Shown: piece by piece, positions 49,799-59,873 of the stretch
How positions within the stretch are numbered: the first letter of the stretch is position 1
Layout of the letters: each line of letters opens with the position of its first letter
Assembly (NCBI GenBank): GCA_018065105.1
Contig: JAGHTX010000163.1
Location: 14,100 to 78,099, forward strand
Length of the DNA stretch: 64,000 nt
Direction: 5' to 3'
Source: Bacillota bacterium
Lineage (GTDB): Bacteria; Bacillota_I; Bacilli_A; Erysipelotrichales; Erysipelotrichaceae
Notes under the pieces: model-generated
Told to the model about the DNA's origin: nothing
Seen by the model: the letters and a program-made list of their open reading frames with translations, nothing else
Databases searched by the model: none
Position numbers and translations under genes: made by a program

Positions 49799-50633
49799 AC
49801 AAAAAAGCTTTGAACAAGAAGTTGCTTCTCTATATCTTGTACCAACACCAATTGGAAACCTTTCAGAAATGACAAGTCGTGCCTTAGAAACTTTAAATAA
49901 GGTGGATGTGGTTGCTTGTGAAGATACTAGAAATACAAAGAAATTATTGAATGCCTACAATATTCAAAAACCATGTATTTCGCATCATGAACATAATCAA
50001 CAAGTCAGTATTCCTCAAATATTAGAAATTTTAGAAGAAGGAAAGAGTGTTGCGGTTGTTTCCGATGCGGGATATCCTTTGGTTTCGGATCCAGGCAGTC
50101 AGTTAGTAAAAGCTTGTATTGAAAAAGAAATCCCTGTGATCTCTATGTCTGGAGCGAATGCGGCAATAAACGCATTGGTTGCCAGCGGGCTCAGTGCCGT
50201 ACATTATTTGTTCTATGGATTTTTAGACAGTAAATCAAGCAAAAGAAAGAAACAACTTCAAGAATTATGTGAATTCCCTTATACACTTATTTTTTATGAA
50301 GCACCACATCGTATTGAAGACACTCTTCAAGATGTTTTAGAAGTATTGGGAAATCGTAATATTTGTTTAGCGCGTGAACTAACAAAACTTCACGAAGAAT
50401 ACATTCGTGGAAGTGTTAGCGAAGTATTAGAAATCTGTTCCACTTTAAAAGGGGAAATGGTTTTAGTAGTAGAAGGAAATTCAGAAGAAAAAGAAATAGA
50501 TATGGAACAAGCGGTAAAACATGTCGAAGAATATGTAAATCAGGGACTTCGCACCAAAGAAGCAATCAACAAGGTTGCGAAAGAAATCGGTTGTTCTAAA
50601 AACGAATTATATAATTTAGTGCATCAAAAATAA
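49791..50633 (+). CDS. rsmI: 16S rRNA (cytidine1402-2'-O)-methyltransferase
   Basis: LYLVPTPIGNL.....RAL..L..VD..ACEDTR and SDAG.P..SDPG motifs. Start ATG 49791. The track's upstream extension is a low-complexity read-through of the ricT repeat region in another frame. Confidence 0.9.
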   Translation: MNRQKSFEQEVASLYLVPTPIGNLSEMTSRALETLNKVDVVACEDTRNTKKLLNAYNIQKPCISHHEHNQQVSIPQILEILEEGKSVAVVSDAGYPLVSDPGSQLVKACIEKEIPVISMSGANAAINALVASGLSAVHYLFYGFLDSKSSKRKKQLQELCEFPYTLIFYEAPHRIEDTLQDVLEVLGNRNICLARELTKLHEEYIRGSVSEVLEICSTLKGEMVLVVEGNSEEKEIDMEQAVKHVEEYVNQGLRTKEAINKVAKEIGCSKNELYNLVHQK

Positions 50634-50653
50634 GAGGCAGGTGAGTCAGTTCT

Positions 50654-53600
50654 ATGCATATCACAAAAGAATCGTTAGATATGTTAGTAAAAGATCGCTG
50701 GCTCTTTTATTATGGAAGAAATCCAGAACTGAGTGGTCGTATAAAGACTATTTCTATTCGATATAAAAAGAGTCAGAATGGATTTTATTACTACAGCATC
50801 AGTGCCAATATTGTTCACCATAGACGTAGTGAACAAATTCAATTTATTATCAATGAATATGGCACAATCATAAAGACCCAATGTACATGTGGTATAGAAA
50901 AAGGCAGAGGATGTGAGCATTTAGTTGCGGTAGTAAACGCATTAAATGAGATGAATCTAGACTTTGAAAAAAAGAATTTAGATATTGATTATGAAAAATA
51001 TCAAAGAGAATTGGAATTGTTTCGACAAAAACAACGTTTTATAAATCATTTGAACGAATCCACACAAGATGCCATGGATTTTGTGAGCAGCTTCCATGCC
51101 AATAAACAAAAGGCTATGTTTGCAGAACAAAAACCATTGATGATACAAATGGAATTGTCCATGAATTATTATGGCTTGGTCATGAATGGACGAATTGGTT
51201 CCGACAAAATGTATGTCATAAAAAATATGTGCGATTTAGTGACTTCTTTTAGTAAAAAAGAAAGTGTGCAATTAGGAAAGAATGTAAATCTAGTCATGGA
51301 CGAAGAATTGCTGGATGAACCTTCAAAAAAAATCCTCCAATGGATCAAGCAGTTTTGTTTTCGAAATGGATGGAAAAAAGATGCAGAATTGTACAAGGAA
51401 AGCGCGGAAGAAGCAATATTATTAGCGAAAGAGTTAGATGAAGTCCATTGCTTGAATAAACCTGTTTTTGTACAAGAAAAAATTCCTGTTGAAATCCAAG
51501 AAGAAGAACAATACTTCGAAATTCTAAGTGATGAAGAAGAATATACATATGCAGGAAAAGTGGCATATAAGGAAGCAGACACAAGTAGTCGTGTTGTGGT
51601 CAACCTTTTAGATGAATATAGACAAACCTCTAGTCTTATGACACGTTTGAAAAACGAAGAGTTCATTATTCGTAAAGAAAACTTTCCTGTATTTTATCAA
51701 GAAGTATTATTACCCTTATCAGAACATGTGAAAATTTTTACTGATATTGATTTAAATTCGTTTGAAACAGAAATTAAAGATATAGCGGTATATGCAGAGA
51801 TGGAAGATGGCTCTGTATTCTTATGGGGAAAGTATAAAGAAAATGGAGTGGAGAAAAGACTTTTTGAAAAAGAATCAGTATCTCCAATAAATATCATAGA
51901 GTCAATTATTGAATATTATGCGGATGGAATTGAGAAAGAAGCAAAAAGAGCTTATTTTCGTTCCAAAGGGAATCGCTTGTTTGATTTCTTAGAAAAAGGT
52001 ATTCCTTTGATTCAAAAAGAAGCGGATATCTTTATTAGTGATGAGCTAAAAGCTTTGAAACAAAGAAAGAGCTTATCTTTTAGTATGGGCGTTCATCTTA
52101 ACAACAATCTATTGGAAATAGAGATGAATTCAAACGTAGATAAGAATGAATTGATGTCAATTCTACATGCTTATAAACGAAGAAAAACTTTCTATCGCTT
52201 AAAAAATGGTGAAATTTTAAATCTTCAAGAAGGAGATTTAGATAAGTTGGAACAAGCTAGCCAGGAATTTGATTTATCTAAAAAAGATATGGAAAAAGAT
52301 GTAATCAAACGACCAAGCTATCAAGTAATGCATTTAGATGCGTACGATATTCGTGAAGATGCGGATATTCATATGTATTTAGATAAATTATCCTCTCTTC
52401 AAAAAGGTGTACCTTTAGTTTTAAACGATAAGTATAAAGCCTTGTTACATCCATATCAGATTGAAGGGGTACGCTGGTTGAAGGAGCTTCAACAAATGGA
52501 TCTAAACGGTATCCTAGCCGATGATATGGGATTAGGAAAAACACTACAAGTTCTATGTTTGTTAGATTGTTACACAAAGAAAGAAAAACCAAGTTTAATT
52601 GTCTGCCCAAGCTCGTTAATGTTTAACTGGAAAAATGAAATTGAAAAGTTTGAAATAAACATAGATTATGTTTGTGTAAATGGTAATCAAAATAAGAGAA
52701 AAGAATGTATCCAAGAAAAACATGATTTGTATATTACAACCTATGATTACATTAAACGAGATTACGAGTATTATAAAAACACAAAATTTGAATACGTGGT
52801 TTTAGATGAGGCACAATTTATTAAGAATCCCAAAACGCAAAATGCCAAGAGTGTAAAAACAATTCGTGCAAAACATAAATTAGCATTAACGGGAACACCC
52901 ATTGAAAATAGCTTAAGTGAATTGTGGTCAATTTTTGATTTTTTGTTACCAGGGTATTTATTTAACTATAAATATTTTTCTACCATGTATGAAAGACCTA
53001 TTCAATTGGAAGAAAATGAGGAGATTCAAAATCGCTTAAAGAAGATGGTCGCTCCATTTATTCTTCGAAGAACAAAGAAAGAAGTATTAACGGAACTTCC
53101 AGATAAAGTAGAAAAAGAATATTGGATGGAATTTAGTGAAGAAGAAAATCAATTGTATCTTGCCAATTTAGCACAAGTAAATTTAGAGCTGCAAGAACAA
53201 TTGAAAATGGAAAAAGTCGATTCAATTTTAATTTTAGCTATGATGACCAAGCTAAGACAGTTGTGTTGTGAGCCAAGAATGGTTTATGAAAATATAAAAG
53301 AATCGAGTACGAAATTAAATATGTGTGTTGATTTAGTGGAAACATTAAAGGAACACAAACAAAAAGTATTAATCTTTTCAAGTTTCACTAAAATCTTTGA
53401 TTGGCTGATTGAAGAATTTGATAAGAAAGGAATCAAATATCATATTCTTACAGGACAAACAAGTAAGGAAAATCGTGTAAAGGAAGTAGACACTTTCCAA
53501 AATGACGATAGTGATGTTTTCTTGATTTCATTAAAAGCCGGAGGAACCGGATTAAATTTAACAGCTGCACAAGCGGTTATTCACTATGATCCATGGTGGA

Positions 53601-53818
53601 ATATGAGTGCACAAAATCAGGCAACAGACCGTGCCTATCGTATTGGACAAACAAAAAACGTCCTTGTATATCAATTGTTGATGAAAAATACCATTGAAGA
53701 AAAAATCTTCCAAATGCAGAAGCGTAAACAAGCTATGAATGAAATCTTTGTCGAAAATAATTCAACAAGCATTTCGAAGATGAGCAAGGAAGAGTTACAA
53801 GATTTATTTACACAGTAA
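50654..53818 (+). CDS. SNF2-family helicase with N-terminal SWIM zinc finger
   Basis: SWIM CxCx(n)CxH (CTCGIEKGRGCEHLVAV). SNF2 motifs LADDMGLGKT, DEAQ.IKN, LTGTPIEN and, in the C-terminal lobe, GG.GLNLT.A..VIHYDPWWN...QA.DRA.RIGQ. Confidence 0.88.
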   Translation: MHITKESLDMLVKDRWLFYYGRNPELSGRIKTISIRYKKSQNGFYYYSISANIVHHRRSEQIQFIINEYGTIIKTQCTCGIEKGRGCEHLVAVVNALNEMNLDFEKKNLDIDYEKYQRELELFRQKQRFINHLNESTQDAMDFVSSFHANKQKAMFAEQKPLMIQMELSMNYYGLVMNGRIGSDKMYVIKNMCDLVTSFSKKESVQLGKNVNLVMDEELLDEPSKKILQWIKQFCFRNGWKKDAELYKESAEEAILLAKELDEVHCLNKPVFVQEKIPVEIQEEEQYFEILSDEEEYTYAGKVAYKEADTSSRVVVNLLDEYRQTSSLMTRLKNEEFIIRKENFPVFYQEVLLPLSEHVKIFTDIDLNSFETEIKDIAVYAEMEDGSVFLWGKYKENGVEKRLFEKESVSPINIIESIIEYYADGIEKEAKRAYFRSKGNRLFDFLEKGIPLIQKEADIFISDELKALKQRKSLSFSMGVHLNNNLLEIEMNSNVDKNELMSILHAYKRRKTFYRLKNGEILNLQEGDLDKLEQASQEFDLSKKDMEKDVIKRPSYQVMHLDAYDIREDADIHMYLDKLSSLQKGVPLVLNDKYKALLHPYQIEGVRWLKELQQMDLNGILADDMGLGKTLQVLCLLDCYTKKEKPSLIVCPSSLMFNWKNEIEKFEINIDYVCVNGNQNKRKECIQEKHDLYITTYDYIKRDYEYYKNTKFEYVVLDEAQFIKNPKTQNAKSVKTIRAKHKLALTGTPIENSLSELWSIFDFLLPGYLFNYKYFSTMYERPIQLEENEEIQNRLKKMVAPFILRRTKKEVLTELPDKVEKEYWMEFSEEENQLYLANLAQVNLELQEQLKMEKVDSILILAMMTKLRQLCCEPRMVYENIKESSTKLNMCVDLVETLKEHKQKVLIFSSFTKIFDWLIEEFDKKGIKYHILTGQTSKENRVKEVDTFQNDDSDVFLISLKAGGTGLNLTAAQAVIHYDPWWNMSAQNQATDRAYRIGQTKNVLVYQLLMKNTIEEKIFQMQKRKQAMNEIFVENNSTSISKMSKEELQDLFTQ

Positions 53819-53856
53819 AAAAGAAGAACGAATGTGAATTTGTTCTTCTTTTCCTT
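53817..53856. terminator. bidirectional terminator between the SNF2 gene and ppiB
   Basis: 9-bp hairpin AAGAAGAAC-(12 nt)-GTTCTTCTT, flanked by an A-run and a T-rich tract. Confidence 0.7.
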
Positions 53857-54336
53857 TTATTCTTCGATCATTGTCATTTTTGCGATACGTTGATCTTTTA
53901 ATGGCTTGTCTTGCCAATTTGTTTTTGTGTTTGCGATTTCATCGATTACTTCTAATCCTTCGATGACTTTACCAAAGGCTGCATAGTCACCATCTAGATG
54001 AGGTGAGTCTTCGTGCATAATAAAGAATTGGCTGCTTGCAGAGTTTGGAATCATTGTACGTGCCATAGAAAGAACACCACGAGTGTGTTTTAAATCGTTC
54101 TTAAATCCGTTGGATGCGAATTCACCAGGGATAGTTTCTTTAGAACCACCACGTCCAGTTCCAGTTGGATCTCCGCCTTGGATCATGAATCCAGGAATAA
54201 CACGGTGGAAAATGATTCCGCTATAGAATCCTTGTTTTACTAATTTGACAAAATTTGCGACGGTTTTTGGAGCAACTTCTGGATACAATTCAGCAACCAT
54301 AGTTTTCCCGTTTTCCATTGTGATTTCAACTTTCAT
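53857..54336 (-). CDS. ppiB: peptidyl-prolyl cis-trans isomerase, cyclophilin type
   Basis: FHRVIPGFMIQGGDP.G.G.GG, SMAR......SQFFI and FG.V..G...VD.I motifs. Confidence 0.93.
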   Translation of the reverse strand: MKVEITMENGKTMVAELYPEVAPKTVANFVKLVKQGFYSGIIFHRVIPGFMIQGGDPTGTGRGGSKETIPGEFASNGFKNDLKHTRGVLSMARTMIPNSASSQFFIMHEDSPHLDGDYAAFGKVIEGLEVIDEIANTKTNWQDKPLKDQRIAKMTMIEE

Positions 54337-54398
54337 GTTTTATATCTCCTAACTAAATAGTTCTGTGATATTATAGCACAAAAGGTAAGGTTATACAG

Positions 54399-55133
54399 AT
54401 GAAAGTAGGAATGTTAGGGTTATCCAATCCAATCAGTGAAAAAAGAATTCAAAAGGAAAAAATTTGGTTAGAAGAAAATGGGGTTTCTGTTCAAGTAAGT
54501 CCTTTGTTGTTTAAAGAAAGTACAGGAAAAGAAAGAGCTGCAGTATTTAATCAGTGGATCCAACAAGATTTTGATTATATTTTTGATGTTTCAGGCGGTG
54601 ATCTTGCCAACGAAACTTTAGACTGGATCGATTATGAAACCTTTAAGAACAGCTCTGTTATATATTTTGGATATAGCGATTTAACTTGTGTAATCAATGC
54701 GCTTTATACGAAGACTGGAAAATCCAGCATTCTTTATCAAATTTGTGCAAACACAAACAAAAGAGACCTTTTATCTTTTTTAAATAAAGAAAGCGAAGAG
54801 CTTCTAGAAAATAAGGAAATCGTATTGGGTGGGAATATTCGCTGTTTCTTAAAGCTGGCAGGAAGTGAATATTTTCCAAATTTAGAGAAACAAACATTAT
54901 TTTTAGAAAGCTATTCTGGGAATGAATATCGTATACGCGCTTATTTTGCACAACTTCAAACAATGGGTGTATTTAATAAAATCTCAAAATTGATTTTGGG
55001 ACAATATACAGAAATGGAAGAAAAAGGACAATACGACCTTGTTGTTGATATTGCGAAAAAGTATTGTTCAAAAGTAGAAGTATTAAAGACAGTTGGACAT
55101 TCATCAAACGCAAAAGGATTAAGAATTGGCTAG
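54399..55133 (+). CDS. LD-carboxypeptidase-like protein (peptidase S66 family), short form
   Basis: The FGYSDLT nucleophile-Ser motif, an internal Glu region (LESYSGNEY) and a C-terminal GHS... fit the S66 Ser-Glu-His arrangement. It is shorter (244 aa) than typical LdcA. Confidence 0.6.
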   Translation: MKVGMLGLSNPISEKRIQKEKIWLEENGVSVQVSPLLFKESTGKERAAVFNQWIQQDFDYIFDVSGGDLANETLDWIDYETFKNSSVIYFGYSDLTCVINALYTKTGKSSILYQICANTNKRDLLSFLNKESEELLENKEIVLGGNIRCFLKLAGSEYFPNLEKQTLFLESYSGNEYRIRAYFAQLQTMGVFNKISKLILGQYTEMEEKGQYDLVVDIAKKYCSKVEVLKTVGHSSNAKGLRIG

Positions 55134-55165
55134 TTTTGTGCTAAACTAATCGATAGGTGAGAAGT

Positions 55166-56017
55166 ATGAAAATAAAAGAATTATTTCCTAAAATTGATAT
55201 AAAATCTATGAAATTGCTTATGATTCGTATGTTTGTACTATGTGCGTTATATAACTCGGTATATTTAATGATTCAAATATTTCTGTTTACGCGGCAAGGA
55301 TATTTTACTGGAGCTGTAAATGCGATAAGTATTCTATCTTCCCTTGGCCTATATTATTTCTGTGTATCCACATGGGAAAGAAAATTAGAATTAAATAGTA
55401 CAAAGGTAATTTATATTCTAGGACTACAAAGTTTTTATGTTGGCTTGATTCATTTGATTTTATTGCCACTATATAGAATGTTATCGGTTAGTTCGGCCGG
55501 ATATTTATGTATACAGCTTATTTGTGCTTTTCTATTATTTATTATGATTCCTTTGCAGCTGTTTATGTATCGAGCATTAAGTGAAGGAAAACTACAAATA
55601 AAAGAAATGAAAGAATTTATCATGCCTTTAGTAAAAGACAATTATCAAGAGATATTAAATCAATACTTGGCAATCTTATTACTTGTGATATTGATTGATG
55701 TTCTTTTAGGCGGTCAAATATCCGCAAGTGGTGTAAGTGCAACAATGATTAATGTAGAAAAAGGAAGAATTGATGCACTAGGAGTCTGCATGAATTTATT
55801 GTATGTGGCAAATCCGTGGATGATGTTGGCAGTTGGCGTGGTTGCGATTTTTGTATACAAGGCTGCCATTTTACAATCTTTATTTGTCTTATTAATCTAT
55901 GTTGCGATTGGGATTGTATTGTCGATATTAGAGATTTCATATATTCAGTTTATTGGAAATTTAAGAATAAAAAAGAAGAAAAAACATGGAACTAAAAAAG
56001 CTAAAACTAACCGCTAG
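55166..56017 (+). CDS. hypothetical polytopic membrane protein
   Basis: 6-7 predicted TM stretches and a basic C-terminal tail (KKKKKHGTKKAKTNR). No family recognised. ATG 55166 with AGGTGA upstream. Confidence 0.6.
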   Translation: MKIKELFPKIDIKSMKLLMIRMFVLCALYNSVYLMIQIFLFTRQGYFTGAVNAISILSSLGLYYFCVSTWERKLELNSTKVIYILGLQSFYVGLIHLILLPLYRMLSVSSAGYLCIQLICAFLLFIMIPLQLFMYRALSEGKLQIKEMKEFIMPLVKDNYQEILNQYLAILLLVILIDVLLGGQISASGVSATMINVEKGRIDALGVCMNLLYVANPWMMLAVGVVAIFVYKAAILQSLFVLLIYVAIGIVLSILEISYIQFIGNLRIKKKKKHGTKKAKTNR

Positions 56018-57965
56018 ACGAATGGAATTCTTAGATAAACTAGGCATTCATTCGATAGAGGAGTTATTAAAAACATATCCATATCGATATGAAAAATTAG
56101 AGGCAAAGCCTTTTTCAGAATGGGAAGAAAAAGATACAGTTTGTTTCGAAGGATTGATATGTAACCAGGCAAGAGTGGTTCGTTTGGGAAAAAATCGCTC
56201 TATGACAAAATTCAAGGTCATCAGTTGGGATGAAGAATTAGAAATCACGATGTTTAATCGCCCTTGGTTACAACAATTTCCTTTTGGGTCTACTGTATCT
56301 ATTTTTGGCGTGTATAACGGAAACTATAAAGTTACTGCTACAAACTATAACTTAAAACCAATTAAAGAACAGTTAGGTATTCATCCTGTCTATTCTGTGG
56401 TAGAAGGCTTGAAACAAAAAGAAATGCAAGGGATGATTCTCAAAGCATTGGAGCATGCCAACGAAATTACAGAACTTGTACCGGATCGATATCGTCAAAA
56501 ATATCGTCTTTTGGATAGTGCAACGGCATATAGATATATTCATGCACCAGAAAATGAAGATCAGATTAAACAAGCCGTTCGTACTTTAAAGTATCAAGAG
56601 TTTTTATATTTCCAATGTGTTATGCAAAGTATGCAAGATAAGGAAATAAAGGTAAAAGAGAAAAAGGTGTTTGATTTTTCTAAAATAGAAGAATGGGAAA
56701 AGTCATTGCCTTATTCGCTAACCGCCGATCAATTATCCACGATTGATGCGATCTGTAAAGATTTGGCAAGTGAAAAAATTATGTTTCGCTTGGTACAGGG
56801 AGATGTAGGTTGTGGAAAAACCATGGTGGCTGTAGCAGCTATGTATGCCTGTCATCTGTCTAAATACCAATCGGCTTTTTTAGCGCCTACGGAAATATTA
56901 GCTCGTCAACATTATTTGAATATGACAAAAATGGGATTTCCTATTCAGTTATATGTTTCTTCTATGCCTGCCAAAGAGAAAAAACAAATTCTAGAAGATT
57001 TAAAAACAGGAAAAATCTCTATGGTCGTTGGGACACATGCACTATTCCAAGAGGTTGTTGAATTCAATAAGCTTGGTTTAGTTGTCGTGGATGAACAACA
57101 ACGTTTTGGGGTGAAACAAAGAAGAAGTTTATTGGAAAAAGGAAAAAATGTAGATTTTTTAATGATGTCGGCAACACCGATTCCAAGAACGTATGCGCAT
57201 TTCCTATATGGAGATATGGATATTAGCAGTATTCATACTTTGCCACAAGGAAGAAAACTGGTGATCACAAAGTATATTGCCGGTAATTCCATGGGACCTA
57301 TTTTAAAATCTATCCTAAAAAAGATAGAAGAAGGTAGACAATGTTATGTTGTATGCCCAGCTATCGAAGATAATGAAGAGCTAGGACTTCGTTCGGTAAC
57401 TTCAATTTATGAAGGAATGTGTAAAACTTTAGGGGAACGTGTTAAAATAGCTCTGCTTCATGGTAAAATGAGTGGGGAAGAGAAGGAGACTATCATGTCG
57501 GATTTTAAAGACAAGAAATACGATATTTTAGTTAGTACCACAGTCATTGAGGTTGGAATTGACGTGGCCAATGCGAATCAGATGGTCATTTACGATTCCC
57601 ATCGTTTTGGATTAAGTACGCTTCACCAATTAAGAGGACGTGTTGCTCGAGGTAGTGAACAAGGGTCTTGTTACTTGTTGAGTAGTTCAAAAGATAAACA
57701 GGCTATAGAGCGTCTACAAAAACTAGAAGAATTAAAGGATGGATTTGAAATCAGTCAATATGACTTGATGAGTCGAGGACCAGGGGATATTCTAGGGGTT
57801 CGCCAAAGTGGATTACCAAATTTCATTCTTGGAGATTTAAATAAAGATCAGGCAATGATGGAAGCTTGTATCAAAGATGCAAAAGAAATATTGGAGGATC
57901 GTGTGGATTTATACTTGTTAGAAAGTATTCAAAAATCTATTGAAACAGCACAGTATTTCGATTAG
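55986..57965 (+). CDS. recG: ATP-dependent DNA helicase RecG
   Basis: LGI....LL...P.RYE N-terminus, a wedge domain, and helicase motifs GDVGCGKT, DEQQRFGV, MSATPIPRT and QLRGRVARG. Confidence 0.95.
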   Translation: MELKKLKLTARRMEFLDKLGIHSIEELLKTYPYRYEKLEAKPFSEWEEKDTVCFEGLICNQARVVRLGKNRSMTKFKVISWDEELEITMFNRPWLQQFPFGSTVSIFGVYNGNYKVTATNYNLKPIKEQLGIHPVYSVVEGLKQKEMQGMILKALEHANEITELVPDRYRQKYRLLDSATAYRYIHAPENEDQIKQAVRTLKYQEFLYFQCVMQSMQDKEIKVKEKKVFDFSKIEEWEKSLPYSLTADQLSTIDAICKDLASEKIMFRLVQGDVGCGKTMVAVAAMYACHLSKYQSAFLAPTEILARQHYLNMTKMGFPIQLYVSSMPAKEKKQILEDLKTGKISMVVGTHALFQEVVEFNKLGLVVVDEQQRFGVKQRRSLLEKGKNVDFLMMSATPIPRTYAHFLYGDMDISSIHTLPQGRKLVITKYIAGNSMGPILKSILKKIEEGRQCYVVCPAIEDNEELGLRSVTSIYEGMCKTLGERVKIALLHGKMSGEEKETIMSDFKDKKYDILVSTTVIEVGIDVANANQMVIYDSHRFGLSTLHQLRGRVARGSEQGSCYLLSSSKDKQAIERLQKLEELKDGFEISQYDLMSRGPGDILGVRQSGLPNFILGDLNKDQAMMEACIKDAKEILEDRVDLYLLESIQKSIETAQYFD

Positions 57966-57976
57966 GAGGAATTATC

Positions 57977-58939
57977 GTGGAAAAAGATAAACTAAAAAAT
58001 AAAATATTCTTTTTCGGTTGGATTGGAGCCATGTGTGGAACGCTAATTTTAATCGCTTATGCATTCTTTTTGCGAAACATTAACGTAGATGTAACCAATC
58101 AACTTGCGATTGAATACGAAGGGGAAAATGGTGTAGCTACGGTTGAAGTGTATTATAACGGAAACGATTTAAATCAACGTACACAAGAATTTTTGGAATC
58201 TTGTACGTATAGAGTCGAACCCGGATATAACCTTTCAAACGGAGATGTTATAAAGATTATTACAGAGTACGATGAAAACATTGCCAGAGAATACAATTTC
58301 AAACCAATTAACGTAGAAAAAGAAATTAAAGTTTCTGGTTTATACAATAAATACGAACGTTATCAGGATATCGATGAAGACTATAAAGAAGATGTGTTTA
58401 AAGCAGAAGATGATTTTGTGAAGGCGCATACGCGAAGTATTTATAAGGAAATGTTTCCAGGAGCTCCGACGTATCAAAAAGTATCTCGTAAAGTTGTCTA
58501 TAAAGGTTTCCTAGATGGAATTCAAGATAGCACGAGAGATCGTTTGGTTGAAATTGTTCGTTTGGACTATACGATAGAAGTCGAAAAAGAAATAGAAGTT
58601 CCTAAAGAAATAGAAGAAAGCGAAGAATCATCGGAATCCGAGGATAAGGAAGAGGAAACACCAAAGGAAGAAGCGGAAGATAAAAAATCGGAAGTGGAAA
58701 TGGAGACTAAACTCGTAACGGTAGAAGAAGTCAAAACAATCTACTATCTAGTTACTTTACCGGGAATCAATGAAGGTAAGGAATTTAATGCACAAGATAT
58801 CTTTGGAGAAAAGGCATATCTAAGCGAAGATGAAATGAAAGAACAAAATTACGAATCTTATATTGATCGTGTCTATAAGGGAAAATATAATACCCAAACA
58901 ATTGAAAGGGTTATTATTGAACCAGGATTAGAAAAATAA
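57977..58939 (+). CDS. hypothetical membrane-anchored protein with an acidic low-complexity insert
   Basis: GTG start with AGGAGG 7 nt upstream. Single N-terminal TM (IFFFGWIGAMCGTLILIAYAFF). A poly-E/S/K segment (EIEESEESSESEDKEEETPKEEAEDKK). Confidence 0.6.
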   Translation: MEKDKLKNKIFFFGWIGAMCGTLILIAYAFFLRNINVDVTNQLAIEYEGENGVATVEVYYNGNDLNQRTQEFLESCTYRVEPGYNLSNGDVIKIITEYDENIAREYNFKPINVEKEIKVSGLYNKYERYQDIDEDYKEDVFKAEDDFVKAHTRSIYKEMFPGAPTYQKVSRKVVYKGFLDGIQDSTRDRLVEIVRLDYTIEVEKEIEVPKEIEESEESSESEDKEEETPKEEAEDKKSEVEMETKLVTVEEVKTIYYLVTLPGINEGKEFNAQDIFGEKAYLSEDEMKEQNYESYIDRVYKGKYNTQTIERVIIEPGLEK

Positions 58940-58967
58940 AAACTATGAAGTGCTCATAGTTTTTTTC
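58938..58967. terminator. bidirectional terminator between convergent genes
   Basis: Hairpin AACTATGA-AGTGC-TCATAGTT with an A-rich tract upstream and T6 downstream. Confidence 0.7.
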
Positions 58968-59551
58968 TATTCTTTAATTTCTTTGATGATGTAGTCAATG
59001 GTAGCATCCAAACCGTGTTCCGATAAATAAGTCAACAAATGGTGAATAAGCTTGTCTGTATTTGGATGAATTAAAATTTTATTTCGACCTTTCTCATAAT
59101 ATTCCAAAGCACTGGAATCCGTATATTTATCTTTTTGATAAATCATACTAGCTGCTACACGATCACAAAACATTTCAATGACATAGTTAACAGGCATTTC
59201 AATGGCTACGACTCCATTCATGCTGTTATCTAACCAATATTCCCAATGATGTTTATTACGCCCTTTATGATGAAGCCAAGATAGTGAATATCCGATATCT
59301 TCTTTTTGAGCATCGATAGGAGAACGGTATCCTTGGTAATATTTAAACCCTGTTTTTAATTCACAATAAGAATATTTGCTAAGGTCATGCAAAAGACCTT
59401 GTTTGTACAAATGACAACGGAAACATAGTTTAGTGACTTCGATTTTGTGCTTATTGATTGTTTTTAAATGTCCTTTTATTTTTTCTAATTGATTCATGAA
59501 ATTAGTATACTCTTTTTTATAGAAATATGCTTGAAATTCATTAATGGTCAT
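58967..59551 (-). CDS. hypothetical protein with HD-like motif (DUF5662-like by recollection)
   Basis: 194 aa with H..HDLSK, WLHHKGRNKHHWEYW and FCDRVAAS segments. The family assignment is from memory only. Confidence 0.5.
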   Translation of the reverse strand: MTINEFQAYFYKKEYTNFMNQLEKIKGHLKTINKHKIEVTKLCFRCHLYKQGLLHDLSKYSYCELKTGFKYYQGYRSPIDAQKEDIGYSLSWLHHKGRNKHHWEYWLDNSMNGVVAIEMPVNYVIEMFCDRVAASMIYQKDKYTDSSALEYYEKGRNKILIHPNTDKLIHHLLTYLSEHGLDATIDYIIKEIKE

Positions 59552-59613
59552 GTTAATATTTTAGAGCCTTACTTTAGATCCTTAGGGGTTTAAGGCGGAA
59601 GGAGGAAAGACAA

Positions 59614-59823
59614 ATGAAACAAGGAATTCACCCAAATTACCACAAAGTAAAATGTGTTTGTACATCTTGTGGAGCTGAATTCGAAACAGGAAGCACAATT
59701 AAAGGAAACGAAATGCGTGTAGATACTTGCAGTAACTGCCACCCATTCTATACAGGACGTCAACGTTTCGCTGCTGCTGCCGGACGTATCGAAAAGTTCA
59801 ACAAGAAATATGGTTTAAAATAA
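59614..59823 (+). CDS. rpmE: 50S ribosomal protein L31 (zinc-binding type A)
   Basis: MKQGIHPNY....C..C......ST.......D.CS.CHPFYTG.Q with both CxxC pairs. 69 aa. GGAGGA RBS. Confidence 0.95.
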   Translation: MKQGIHPNYHKVKCVCTSCGAEFETGSTIKGNEMRVDTCSNCHPFYTGRQRFAAAAGRIEKFNKKYGLK

Positions 59824-59838
59824 TTATTTTGAAAAAAT

Positions 59839-59860
59839 GCGTCTACGGACGCTTTTTTTT
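59839..59860 (+). terminator. intrinsic terminator after rpmE
   Basis: Hairpin GCGTC-TACG-GACGC followed by T8. Confidence 0.8.
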
Positions 59861-59873
59861 CGTATATATATAT

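Noticed and set aside
49492-49875. 127-aa minus-strand ORF, plus the plus-strand N-terminal extension of rsmI (49635-49790), across the ricT repeat region
   Set aside because: Both are alternative-frame readings of the AAAGAACA-type repeat and give monotonous K/T/N or L/S/F/C strings. The ricT frame continues from the PSP1 domain, and rsmI has a proper start at 49791.
51169-51666. 165-aa and 79-aa minus-strand ORFs inside the SNF2 helicase gene
   Set aside because: Both are antisense shadows with Ser/Phe-rich low complexity and no RBS. The plus-strand frame is continuous and carries the helicase motifs.
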